From Batkoa obscura (lineage: Eukaryota), in the NCBI GenBank assembly GCA_030770535.1, contig JASVEC010000010.1:620001-684000 (forward strand): a stretch of DNA of 64,000 nt. The letters run 5' to 3'. Positions 12,111 through 25,169 of the stretch are shown here, one piece after another; position 1 is the stretch's first letter, and each line of letters opens with the position of its first letter. The notes under the pieces were generated by a model. That model ran no database searches, was not told where the DNA came from, and saw only the letters and a list, made by a program, of their open reading frames with translations. A program made the position numbers and the translations under genes.

Positions 12111-14921
12111 ATGCGCTTCTATTTAAAAAGACAAAAAACAATTTCAGAATTGACAATGGAAACCACTGAGGACATAGCAACTTCTATTTCAAATCCAAGT
12201 ATTAGAAGCGATCAACTACCAAATGGAAATAATGGTAAACAAGTTGGCGTGCAACTAAACGCCAAAAGTATCACTTTTGTTCCTCGTAAGAAAACTAATG
12301 CTGTAAGAGAAACGAATAATAATGGGAATGCTAGGCCTAATTTCAATAAATTTGATGGGAGGCAACATCAAGGTAATATGCTTAAGACACTTATCATCAT
12401 CTATTTTGTTTTTTGTTATGTATAAACTACTGATATTAACAATCCTGTTTTTTATTAGTCGACTCAACTGACTCTTCAGCCGGTGTCAAAATTAACAAAA
12501 ACAAATTCATTCCTAGCAACTCAAACTACGAAGCTCAATTTTTACAAGTGGTAGATAAAATAGCTATGAAATTTCCAATACTTTCTCGTGAATACACTAC
12601 TGCTTCCAATAATATCAAAGGGATGATTGAGCTCAGTATTGCTCCCTCTGATCCAGAGTTTCCGTATGAATTGGAAAAATTAAACCTTAAGATTATTGTT
12701 GGAGTCGAAAATAGGTTTCAATTACCTAGTTTAGTTAAAGTGCTTAATGCTGATATTCCAAGGGCTTTTGCAGTTAATATAGAGGGCGCTTTTATTAAAC
12801 AATGTAATTTAAAGAAGAATCAGTTGATTGAGAACTTAGTTTGGTTGGATAGAAATTTGACTGAAGTATTGAAGAGACCAGAAGCAAACATCATTAAGTT
12901 TGTTAGAAGAGCTCCAGTAGAAAGTGGGAGTATGAAAATTAATGATGCTGTGAGTGATAATAATATTAATGAAGTAAGTATTGATTTTAATAGAAATATA
13001 TAGTATATTTATTATATTTATAGAAAAAACAAATAGCAGTTGTTAAAAATAATATTGTAAATAGTTCTTTTAATACTCAACATAATGATCTTTTTAATCA
13101 TTATAACATTTCAGTCGAAGTAAATACTTAACGTTTAGTCTTCTTGAATTTATTAATTATTTTAAAGAAAAAACAAGAAACTGAAACTGTTGGTCTAACC
13201 CCTGAATTAAAGATGAGAAGAGAAAAAGAGATTACTCAAATTGAAAGGAGGTTTCGTCGTCATCATAAAGTTATATGGTAAAAATAGATAATTATTGAAT
13301 AGTTCATAATTAATATCCAAATAATTAGTGATGATAAAGACAAATATGTATTTGAAGTAAAACTCGAGCCATCCGATCCAGATTTTAAATTCAAAAAAGA
13401 ATGCTCATATTATTATTTAACAATAACAATACCTGCTCTATATCCTACACAAGGCAGCTCAATTTCTTTAAAAATTATACCTGGTAGACAAGCTCTAACT
13501 ATTAAGGATTACATGTTTAAGTAAGTTTTGTTTGGTGTTAATATGCTTAAAATTTAATTATTATTTTTAGGAATGTTGAAAAAGGATTTAACGATTATGC
13601 TTCTAAATCAAATACTACTACTATCTTACATTGCGTTAATTGGTTAGATACTAGATTAGAATCATTAATGACTTTACCACCATTAGAAACATCAATTCCT
13701 ACTCCACCCAAATCACCTGAAATGAACAATAATAGTTCAAAAATTCATTATCACCATGATATATATAATAATAATTCAAAAACTCATTATCAGCACGAAA
13801 TGAATAACAATAGTCCAAAAGTTTATCAACACCATGGAAAGAATGGAGATAAATATGATTTTAAAGAATTAATTGATTCCAAAGAATCATACATGAATCC
13901 CTATTTAAAAGAAAAACAAAATGAAAGTTTAACAATATATAATGATAAGGAGCATCAAGCTAAAGAAGAAATGAATAGCCAATTGCCTCCACCAACTTCA
14001 CACAATGGTATTCAGTTAAAATTTCCCAATCATGAAATCAAAAATGTATCATTATTAATAGCAGAATCTGTGGAATTAGAAGCTGTATGTGAACGTTGTA
14101 AAGCAAGGTTGGCATCACCAAAATTACTACCACATCATCAAACATTTTTTTCATGCTCCAAATGTAATAATAATTTGGCCCTGAGATTCAGACCTACAAT
14201 AATTCATCATGATTCCGATAGTTTAGGCTATTTAGATAATTTAAATTGCTCACCAATTTCTATTACTAAAGTAAGTTTGACTGTTAGTTGTAATAAATGT
14301 GAAAATTTAAATATTGGTTTAAATGGGTTCAAATCAATATTGTTATCTACTACTGTATCAGAAATCTGTAGATCTTGTCATACTCATTTTTCAGTTGAAA
14401 TGGGACTTTGTAAATTTATTCGTTTAGCTCCCTCTGTTGCTATTTTTGAATTACCAACTTCTACCTCCAATTTACCAAAAGCTCAATTATTAGGTGTCTT
14501 ACCAAAAAAAGAGAAATTGGATATAAAATTAGGTACTCCATTACCTTCCTTTGGTACATGTTCGCATTATCGAAAATCCTATCGTTGGTTACGTTTTCCA
14601 TGCTGTGGACAAGCATTTCCGTGTAGTACATGTCATGATCAATCTGTACAAAGTACAGAAAATAATCATGAATCTGTCTATGCTACATCTATGATTTGTG
14701 GGTACTGTTCTAAAGAATTTAACTATTTTTCTGGTAATCAAAACCAACCACAGTGTAAAGCTTGTGGGCATTTATTGACTCATTCTTCTAAAGGTAAAGC
14801 TTTTTGGGAGGGTGGCAAAGGGACAAGAGATAGAAGTAAAATGAATAAAAATGAAGGTAGAAAGTACAAAGGGTTGAATAAAACGGTATCTAAAAAGAAA
14901 CAGGCAGAGGAAAAAATTTAA
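12111..14921 (+). CDS. Uncharacterised protein with two PSDP(E/D)F (RWD-like) repeats, a Cys-rich region and a C-terminal CHY zinc finger; multi-exon (alternative start 12156)
   Basis: PSDPEFPYEL and PSDPDFKF repeats; CSHYRKSYRWLRFPCCGQAFPCSTCHD...MICGYCSKE; FWEGGKGTRD. Confidence 0.82.
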
Positions 14922-15190
14922 ATGGAAACATGACATCAGTTCTTGACAAAGGAGTGCTACATAGAATTGGATCGATATTAGGTTTCTATTACCTGGTTAG
15001 GAACTGAAGGTTTTGGTTGGTGAGATGAAAAGAAGATAATTGATATTAAAGTTGATAGTTAACTATGAGTCTGCTTGCTAACTTAAAATTGATTATACAA
15101 AATAGAGCACCCAAAGTAAATTTTAGTTTAGTTTTATTTAATTTGAATAAAAAGAAATCAAAACTTTATTACAAATAGTATATTTTATTA

Positions 15191-16245
15191 TTACACTCCA
15201 AAAAATTCATTCCCATTTTGTTTACATAAAGACATTAATTCATACGTTGTTATATTTAAAGCTTGACTAATTAACACTATAATATCCCTCATAACCTCAT
15301 CGATATAATTAATATTATGAGTATCAGATTCTAATAATATTCTATCCCTTGGGATGGTGTTGATAAGTTTATTGAACTTATTAAAATTCATACGACCATT
15401 AACTAATTTTGATATTGAAAAATAAACTTTTGGAAAGTGAAATTGAGTACTAATCTCCAACCCATGGGGTTCAATTAGTTTTACTAGCTGCTTATTAGGT
15501 TGATAGTGAATATTTAGCTTTTCCTTTTTACTAAAATTGATTACTTTTAATATTCCTTTAGCACTCTCATCACTACCTGAAAAAGAATGTAACATTAAAT
15601 TCTTTGGAAACGATAAATATTCTTTGGTTGGATCATCAAATGGTTTTAGTAAATCTTTTTTTATATGAGTGAAATAATCTAATATAGAACCTTGACATTG
15701 TACAACATGGATAGAGCAAGGTAGGTTAAGCAAAGCGGATAATTGAAACTGAAGTTTAAATTGGTGAAGTTGAAGTGTGAATGGATATAATTGTTTGGTG
15801 ATAGGATCAACGGCTATTTTATCGAGACCTGGATATCAAAAAATATATAAAAAATAAAAGCAATATAATAGCAAAAACATCTCTTACCAATCTCACCAAC
15901 CATCGCCCCTTTACACTTTTTTAAATTACTTAAAAGCAAATCTATCCACTCCTTGTCTCGTTTAAACTCATTGCTAGTTTTCTCTGAAAACCAAGGATGA
16001 ATACCAAAGCAAGGTATTACTCTCTTTGGGAATAAATCATATAATTGAGAGACTTTGTCCCAATCATTAGTTAATGTACCCATCACTGCAAGTTTTTTAC
16101 AGGTTGTAGTGGTTATTTTAAATTCTTCTGGATTATAGCTATCTTGAATGTGACAATGTGAGTCAATGAGTTCAGTTAAGTCTATGGACGAGATATCTTG
16201 TTGAGATGGTGTTTCTTGAGATAGTATTTCGTTAATTGGATTCAT
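15191..16245 (-). CDS. TatD-family DNase (Scn1-like); one intron
   Basis: IDSHCH, GIHPWF, VGEIG|LDK, SIH, HSFSGS and LLESD motifs. Confidence 0.9.
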
Positions 16246-17314
16246 TTCATTATTAAAAAATCAAATTGAGAATTTTTTTTTCATCATTCAAATTTATATT
16301 GAATTTGAATGTTTATGAAATAAGAATTTGTTAACTGGTTAAGCGACTAGGAATTAATATAGGCTAGAAAGTAGTCCTTAGTTTATAGCTTAAGGCGCGA
16401 ATAGCTGTTGGCAAAAATTTCCTTGTTTTTTGTTGGATATGACAGATTTATCTAGTTCAACATAAATATTTTTAATCAAAGAGTACAACAATAATATACA
16501 TTATATTGTTGTAGAGCCTTGCAATATGACAGTATATTCAAGCAGAAAAAATAGCTGTTCATATTTAGTTACAATTAAAGCGATAATATTTTATTTTGTT
16601 TTAGTTGATTTTTATTTTCAAAAGTAGTTTTTTTACAATTTATTAATTTTCGTATATACTGCTTATGATGGTCTTATACATACCTTCAAAAAAGTTTAAG
16701 TCGGAAACTTAGAAACCAAAGCTTTTTGATTTTGAAAAAAATAGTTAATAGATTAAGAAAGATATAGTATTTTGCTATGATTTTAATGTTTTAAAAACCA
16801 TTTAAATTCATCTTGTACTTCATTTTAAAATTAATTGTTAGTGACACTGTAATATCTATAGCATTTGATGGGGCATTATCTGCTCTTAACTTGAATTTTG
16901 TTTAAATTGATCAAAACTTTTAATTTGTATTTTTTCACTTAAATGTTTTGATGATAAAACATTGAAGACTAATATTAATCTGACGTTTAAACGGGAGAAG
17001 TAGACAATTAAAAACTTTGATCCTCCTTCAAACCAAACCTGCAATATAAAATACTTTACTTCAATATTAAAAAAAACTTTGTTTTATAAAGCACTTTAAT
17101 AACTTACTAAAAGTATGAATTTAATTTCTAAATTACTTCTTAGTAACAAAATATGAAATTTATAGGGATAAAGCGAACATAAAAATCAAAAAATACCAAC
17201 ACTCCAATTATCAACCCACCAATCATAGAAATTCCAAAAAGTAACATAAAAATTCCAAAAATCCAAAACTCACTTTAACTTCAACTTCAAAAAAACTCAA
17301 AAAAACTCAACACT

Positions 17315-19033
17315 ATGACCAGTGGAAATTATGCCGGAGGTAACCGTAGTCTAACTCAATAACCAAAAAAGTGAACTTTTTAACTTTCGTCTATAGTTGA
17401 AATCCCCTCTATAGTATTAGATCTAGGATCCGATACGACACGTATTGGACATGCAGGAGAAGATTGTCCACGTAGTATGTTTCCTACAAATTTAGGTAAA
17501 AGGATAGGCGATTTTATTCCAGGAACCGATGGGGGATTTGGTAGTTCAAATAATAAGCATAATTATATTGGTGGTATTGGGAATACAGTTAACCATATAT
17601 CTGGAGTTGAAATGGTGAATCCATTTTCTGAAGGAGAGAGTGAGTTTTTTTGTTTGTAAAGTTACTATATTTTTTAGATAAAAAAGAGAACGAATTCTGG
17701 ATGATTTACCAATATTAATTTTGTATTCTCTAGTTGTCGATTATGATGCTTTTGAATCCGTTTGTAGTTATGCATTCAATCACTCTTTACGTTTAGGCTC
17801 CAATGAACAACCGTTATTATTTACTGAATATTCGTGGGCTAGCTTAAATCAAAGGGAAAAAGTAACTGAATTAATGTTTGAAACTTTTGATATCCCTGCT
17901 TTATATTTAGCTAGAAACGCTGTTTTATCTGCGTAAGTTTAATACCTTTTTAATATTTTAAGATGATAGAGATTAATAGAGGTTCTGAATTTTAGGTTTG
18001 CTAGTGGTAGAACAACTGCTTTGGTTTTAGACTCAGGAGCTTGTATGACTTCTGCAGTTCCTGTTTATGATGGCTATGTGTTAAAGAAAGGTAAGAAATA
18101 ACATAACAAATTAATTAACTGAATATAATGTATTTTTTTCTTTTAGGAATATTTAAACAACCATTAGGAGGCAATGATATCAATGAATATATTATTGAAG
18201 ATTTAAAAAAATTATATAATTATGAAGTAACACCATCCTATTTAATTAAAAATAGACAAATACTAGAAGCGGAAGCCTTACCTCAATTAGAGTTAAAACA
18301 GTTCGAAAATACTACAGAATCATTTAATAAGTTTATGAAATTAGTAAGGATAAAGTTTGTTATAGTAATAATAGTTTATTCCTTTGAATTTAGAATGCAG
18401 TAAATGAATTTAAAGAATCAACTTGTCAAATATTTGAATCCTTTTATAATCAAAAGTAAGTTAATAAATAACAAAGTAGACTATTTTTAATAACTTTTAT
18501 AACAACAATTAATCTAGTGCCATCGATACCCGTCCTGGTAAACCTTATGAATTTTCTGATGGTTATAATCGAATTTTTGGTTCAGAGCGTTTCCGTTATG
18601 GAGAAATAATGTTTCAACCCAACCTATTAACTAATCATAAAAAAGATATGAATAGTATCTCCAAATTAATAGTTGATAGTATCAACTTAATGGATGTTGA
18701 CTTAAAACCTCATCTTTGTCATAATATTATATTAAGTGGTGGGAATACCTTAATCAATGGATTTAATGATAGATTAGGTTATGAATTAAATAGTCAATTG
18801 TATGGGGTAAGTGAAGATAATCTTATATTATGTAATTTAGTAATGTTTTTATATTTTATATTTTATAGCAACGAATTAAATTAATTCATGGACCTAATAA
18901 TTTTGAAAGAAAATATACTAATTGGTTAGGTGGTTCTATTTTATCTTCATTAGCTACTTTTAATCAATTGTGGCTATCTAAATCCGAATATCAAGAATCT
19001 GGGACTTCTATTATTGAGAAAAAATTTGCTTAA
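17315..19033 (+). CDS. ARP4: Actin-related protein 4 (NuA4/INO80/SWR1), multi-exon
   Basis: [97 protein letters not shown]. Confidence 0.92.
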
Positions 19034-19316
19034 ATAAAGTTTATTATTTTATTACTCTATATATTTGCATTACATATTTAATAATTGATTTTTTGAGTTT
19101 TTATTTTACTACATGCTACTTAAATTAGTGAGCAAAAGATTCCAACCAATTAAATTTAAAGATGAAATTATTAAAAATTTTATGGGATAAAAAAAGTCAA
19201 TTAAGGATAAAGATCCAGTATCAAAACTCGATCTTTTGATATTTTCAATAAATAATAAAATATTAAGTCAATAGAGACAATTGAAAGGAGATAGAAGAAA
19301 CAAAAAGTAAGGAAAG

Positions 19317-22300
19317 ATGAATCAACAAGAATTACCCAAAAAAGAATTAGCTTTGTATAAATCAATGCTCGTAATTTAACAATCTTTTGTTCATTTATAT
19401 AAATTAATGAAATCAAATCATTTTATTATAGAAACTCTTTGAATTCAAACAATATAAAAAAGGATTAAAAACTGCAGAAACTGTTTTAAAAAAGGTACCT
19501 GAACATGGAGGTAAATCTCATTTTTAATAATATCATAATATCCTCAGGACTAATTCATTTGTCTTTTTCTTTTTTTATTATTTACTTTAAAATAAATAGA
19601 AACCTTAGTCCTTAAAGGTTTATTTTTATCCCATCTTAATAGAAAAGAAGAAGGTTTTGAATTAGCTAAAAAAGGATTGAAGATTAATCCAAATAGTGGA
19701 ACTTGTAAGTAATATATAATTTAAAATGCAAATTTGAGAAAAGATAATAATAATACTAAAATTAAATTAAAAGCATGGAATGTTATGGGTATTATGTATC
19801 GAAATGAAAGAAATTATAAAGAAGCATTAAAATCTTTTATTGAAGCTATTAAATTTGATAAGGTAAATTAGATTGCATTATTTATTAATATTTTAAAAAC
19901 TATAAATAGCTAATATTAATTTATTTATATATATAGAATAATTTTCAAATTATAAGAGATATCTGTTATCTTCATATTCATCTTAGAAATTATGATTCTT
20001 TTAATGTAAGTTATATAATCAATTATAAACTCAAATCAATCAACTTAAACTTTATAATAGGAAATGAGTCAATTTATATTAAGTGCACGACCAGCGAATC
20101 GAGCCTTTTGGGGTGGCTTAGCAGTATCTTATCACTTAGTTAATAATTTAGATTCTGCTATCAAAGTATTAGATGCTTATATTGAAACATTTTATGTAAA
20201 TTTGAAACCGAAGTTAAATTAATTAATTGATAATAATAATTTTATTTTATTTACTTAGGAATCTAAAAATGTACCTGATTATGAACATTCTGAATTAATG
20301 TTATATCGTAATTTACTGTATCAAGAAAATGGACAATATGAAAAAGCAAAACTCGATTTGGATATTATTGAAAAAGATACATTTGATAAATTATCTCTTA
20401 CTTTATATAAAGGTAAAAAATTAGCGTGTTTTTGTTTTGTACTTATTGATTTGATTTAATTTGATTTAGCTCGTATTTTAAAAAAACTTGGAGATAAATT
20501 AGGAGCTTCCGAAACTTATAGAAAATTAATTAATATTAATCCAGACTGTAAAGAATATATATTAGAATTATTGGATATTGAAGAGTTAAATAAGGGTAAA
20601 TTATAAATCTATTATTAATTAAATAATTTATTTTATTTTCAATATAGATAATTTAACTTATGAAGATAACCAACGAGTATTAACTATATTTGATGATTTA
20701 CGTCGAGATAATCCAAAATCAAATTTATTAAAATATTTACCTTTAGTTTATAGTAATAGCGAGCAATTTGAAAGTTATGCTAAACCATATATAACTCATG
20801 CCATTAAAAAAGGGATCCCATCTTTATTTTCAAATTTAAAAGATTTATATAAAAATGAAGAAAAGAAAGAAATCATCATCAAAATTATTGAAGAGATTTA
20901 CAACGAAAGTAAAAATAGTAAAGATTTAGAAGTTAATGGAAATGGTAAAACTCTGATAAAATAATGAATTGAATTATATATTTACTGAATTTGTTTTATT
21001 TAGGTACTTCAGCTGCTAATGAAATCATCTGGAGTGAATATTTTTTAGCTCAACATTATGATAAAGTTGGAGATCACCAAAAAGCGTTAGAATTTATTGA
21101 ATTAGCTATTCAAAGGGAACCTAAAATGGTAGAATTATATATGACTAAAGCTAGGATTTATAAGGTAAATCGAATTAAAAAATACTATTTATTATTTAAA
21201 ATATTATAAATTAATATTAATATATGATATATTAGCATCTTAAAAACATTGAAGTAGCTAGTGAAGTTATGGAAGAAGCAAGAAAAATTGATCTTGCTGA
21301 TCGATATGTTAATACAAAATGTACAAAATATTTGTTACGTAATAATAAAGTAGAAGAAGCAGAAAATATTATTACTTTATTTGTTAGAGTAAGTTGAAGA
21401 ATTAATTTATAATTCATAATTTATATGGATAATAATATATTAAACTGATTCTTTTTTATAGCCTGATTCCAATGACAAATTGAACGAATTAGCTGAAAAT
21501 CAATGTTTATGGTTTGAAATTGAAGCAGCTAAATCTAGATATCGTCAGAATCAAATTGGCTTAACATTGAAAAAGGCTCATTTAATTGCTAAAGTAAATT
21601 GATTTAAATTCTCTATTATTATATAATGTTTAATATTTTTTAGCATTTCAATGATTTTGAAGATGATCAATTAGATTTCCATGGTTATTGTATGAGAAAA
21701 TCAACTGTTCGTCCATATTTAAGGTTATTATTATAATATATTAATTAATGCTATTATTAATTTAATTTAATTTAATTTATAGAGCTTTAGTATTTGAAGA
21801 TAAACTTTATTGTAATAAAACTTATCTTCAAGCAGTAGAATTGGCTGCTAAAGTAAATATTATAATTAAATTTAAAAATCAAAATTAACAATTATATTTT
21901 TAGTGTTATGTTATGATAGCTGAGAATCCAGAAGCAGCTAAAAATGCAGATAATCCAGAATATGGTAAATTTTAATCTTTTTTATATTAAATTGCAATAT
22001 AGTTTTTATATAATGTATTAACTTACTTTCATTATAAATAGCTAAGTTAAGTGCAGCTGAAAAGAAGAAATTAAAATTAAAACAAAAGAAAGCGTTACAA
22101 AAATCTAATCAAGAAAATGAAAAAAACAATGAGCTTACAGGGAAAAACGGTAAGTTAAATTAATATCATTGTTACAATTTTAATAAGTTGTTTATTTTTA
22201 TTATTTTTATTTTAGAATCCAAAAAAGATGAAGATCCAAAAGGTTTAAAATATTTTTCAGTAAGCTTTGAAAAAATTAATAATTTATTAATATTTATAAT

Positions 22301-22723
22301 TTATTAATATTTATTAAGATTCAAAATCCCCTTGAAGAAGCATTTAAATTAATTAAACCAACACTTGAATTTGAGGATTTAACATTATCTTATGTTCAAG
22401 CTTGTTTTGAAGTATTAATTCGACAAAGTAAGTTTTGTTTATTATCTTATCTTATAAAAAGATTATATTAACGATTTATATTATTATTAGATAAATTTCT
22501 TCTCAGTTTAAAGATGATATTAAAATCTATTAAATTAGATTCTAAAGATGCATTAATTCAAGAACAACTTAAAAAATTCATAGAATGCTTTAATGAAATT
22601 AAAAAACAAAAGAAGACACCTGAATATTTAATAAATACAGTTGAAAATCAATTGAAGAAGGTAACTGTAGATTATCCAGAATATCTAGATATAGTTGTTG
22701 GTTTACAAGGATTGGAGATTTAA
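19317..22723 (+). CDS. NAT1: NatA auxiliary subunit (Nat1/NAA15, TPR), about 20 exons
   Basis: ELPKKELALYKSMLKLFEFKQYKKGLK...PEHGETL, YEHSELMLY, KGIPSLF, YFLAQHYD, VELYMTKARIYKH, DLADRYVNTK, DDQLDFHGYCMRK. Confidence 0.92.
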
Positions 22724-22926
22724 CTAAGTGAAAAATTAAAATATGAAGGTATGGGATTATATGTTGATGTGACTTTTTAATGAATAAAATTATTAAAAGT
22801 AATATACCTTTATTTGATTATTATTATTATAGATTTAATTTAATAGGAAATTATTTTATTTGAGTTAAAAGTAAGTTTATAAAATAATTAGAAATGAAGT
22901 TAAATTATTTTTTATTGTTTTATTAT

Positions 22927-23041
22927 ATAAGGGGCTGTTTTTTTCCGCTTCATTACTTTTCTATTTTTAACACTATTTGAGTTAAAAAATTGTTAGTGAA
23001 ATTCTTAAACAGAAAAATATATCTACAATACATCCTCATTT
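22927..23041 (+). mobile_element. MITE copy (right end appears duplicated)
   Basis: GGGGCTGTTTTTTTCCGCTTCATTACTTTTC...TTGTTAGTGAAATTCTTAAAC...ATACATCCTC. Confidence 0.8.
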
Positions 23042-23051
23042 AATGAATTTG

Positions 23052-23154
23052 ATTTGAAGATGTATTTTTGTCTAAGAATTTTACTAACAAATTTTCCACT
23101 TAAATAGCGCTTAAAAAATGGAAAAGTAATGAAGTCAAAAAAACACTCCCATTC
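23052..23154 (-). mobile_element. MITE copy, inverted partner of 22927-23041
   Basis: GAAGATGTATTTTTGTCTAAGAATTTTACTAAC...GTAATGAAGTCAAAAAAACACTCCC; flanks ATTT/ATTC. Confidence 0.85.
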
Positions 23155-23222
23155 AATAGCTTGAGAATGTATTTTAATTTTAATTTTATTTATTTTAAGT
23201 ATATTGCTACTTTGAGAATCTA

Positions 23223-23224
<2 letters not shown>

Positions 23225-23265
<41 letters not shown>

Positions 23266-23303
23266 GCTATCATTATTATTATTATTGCTATCATTATTAT
23301 TAT
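23225..23303. repeat. (TTA)n microsatellite, imperfect
   Basis: Run of TTA units interrupted twice by TTGCTATCA. Confidence 0.9.
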
Positions 23304-24303
23304 AAAGTCATTCTTATTAAATTATTTTAATTAATAATTATTAAAAGTTATTTTGATAAAGTTAAAGTTGGAATAAAATGAAGTTATCTTTTTAATTTCA
23401 TCATAGAAGTTTTTTTATTTAGATAATCTTATAAATATAAATAAACTTGATAGTAATTATTTGTTAACTAAATAATTTAATACATTTTAAGATTTTAATT
23501 CAAAAGTGTAATTAGATAATTCCTTATTATTTTGTCTAAGGATAATGAAACAACATTTAATTTAACCCAAACAAATTACTATGAGCAAAAACTTTCTTAA
23601 CCTCAGTAAAATATCAATATTCCTTTAAATTTGTACTGAAATAATGAGATTCTATCACCATAATATAACAAAAAAAGCCTTTTAAAACTCATCATTCTTT
23701 TTATTGTACTGCTTTTCAGTTTTTTTAAATATTCTAATAATAAAGAGTAATAATTAAAAAAATTATTCCTAAAATAACTACCACTGTTAATAAAATGTTC
23801 TCAAACTGAATCTATTTCATATCAACTTCTGAAACAATGGCTTGTAATTTTTCAAACTACCAATAATGACCTAATTTTTATTATTTTATTTTAAACCAGT
23901 AATTTTATTATCTTAATTCAAATTAATATCTTATTTATTTTAATAAACAATCTAACTTAAAAAAAATTATACAATTTAATGTTACATTCTGTTTTATTTT
24001 TAAATAGTATATAGAACAAATAGAATCTTTATTCTCACCTCTTTTGCTATCACGCGACTTTATAACCTGCTTTTCTCAACGTCAATCAAATAACTCTTGA
24101 TTCATGATTTAGAATCATATTAACTTGAGTAACATTGTGGAGCATTCCGTTGAACCAATTAGATTTGAGGCTAGATAAAACTAAAATCTAGTATAAAATC
24201 AAACTAAATTTAATTTTATATTAATTTAATTTTTTTAAAAAGAGAATTTGTTATTTATTTTCATTATTATTATTACAAGCCAACATCAATTATCAATTCA
24301 AAT

Positions 24304-24564
24304 ATGTTTAAAAGAATTTGTATATTTTTCTATCTGTTACTCACCGTATTTTCAATCCCTTTACTATTACCCAGGAACTTAAATGATTTTCAATCAGGTT
24401 GTAGTACTGGTATAAAAAGCATAAGATTATTAAATGGTAGGAGTAATGAAAAAGAATGGAAACTAATAACAGAATCAAATCAATCTTATTTTAATATGGA
24501 TTTATTTACAACTACTCAAGGTCAAACATTACTATGGAATATTTTGGATTTCTTGTCTTTTTAA
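24304..24564 (+). CDS. Putative small secreted orphan protein (86 aa)
   Basis: MFKRICIFFYLLLTVFSIP signal-like start, AAAT-ATG context, upstream CCAAT; no recognised homology. Confidence 0.5.
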   Translation: MFKRICIFFYLLLTVFSIPLLLPRNLNDFQSGCSTGIKSIRLLNGRSNEKEWKLITESNQSYFNMDLFTTTQGQTLLWNILDFLSF

Positions 24565-24603
24565 AAATCAAATAGTTTTGAATTTTTGCTAAAAAAAACA
24601 AGC

Positions 24604-24708
24604 ATATGGGGATGTGTTTTTGTATTTAAGAATTTTACTAGCAATTTTTCCACTTAAATAACGCTTAAAAGATGTAAAAATAATGAAATCAAAAAAACAT
24701 CCCCATAT
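24604..24708 (-). mobile_element. MITE copy (near-perfect TIRs)
   Basis: ATAT-GGGGATGTGTTTTT ... AAAAAAACATCCCC-ATAT. Confidence 0.9.
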
Positions 24709-24871
24709 CTTTTTTATTTAACTGTGTTAAAAAGCCCCTTTTTATTCTCTTATGAATTCTACTTTCTATATTTCTTTTATCTTGTATTTACTTATAAATA
24801 AAAAATGGCAATTAAATTTCACTTTATATAAATATTTTAAAGTTATATTATTTTATTATTTTTATTTTAAC

Positions 24872-24970
24872 CTATGAGACTGTTTTAGTTTTGTCACTTT
24901 TTTCATTTTTTAAGGTGCTATTTAAGTGATAAAATTGCTAGTAAAATTGCCAAATAAAAAAACCACATAT
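24872..24970 (+). mobile_element. MITE copy, degenerate
   Basis: TCACTTTTTTCATTTTTTAAGGTGCTATTTAAGTGATAAAATTGCTAGTAAAATT core is retained. Confidence 0.7.
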
Positions 24971-25036
24971 TAAAATTAGTATAGTGTAATTATTATCAAA
25001 TTCATTTCTAATATTAAAATTTATATATTCTACATT

Positions 25037-25143
25037 GTATGGGGATGTCTTTTTTGACTTCATTATTTTTTCCATTTTTTAAGCGTTATTTAAGTGGAAA
25101 ATTTGTTAGTAAAACTCTTAAACATAAAAATATATCCCTATAT
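25037..25143 (+). mobile_element. MITE copy, likely in the DNAJC3 3' UTR
   Basis: GGGGATGTCTTTTTTGACTTCATT...AAAAATATATCCCT-ATAT; ends 26 bp from the DNAJC3 stop codon. Confidence 0.88.
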
Positions 25144-25169
25144 ATTATATTATATTAATAAATTTTTAT

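Noticed and set aside
14930..15012. SECIS-like pattern ATGA-N-stem-AAA in the CHY gene 3' region
   Set aside because: The 3' GA of the core quartet is not in register, the apical region is too long, and I found no in-frame TGA in the upstream CDS.
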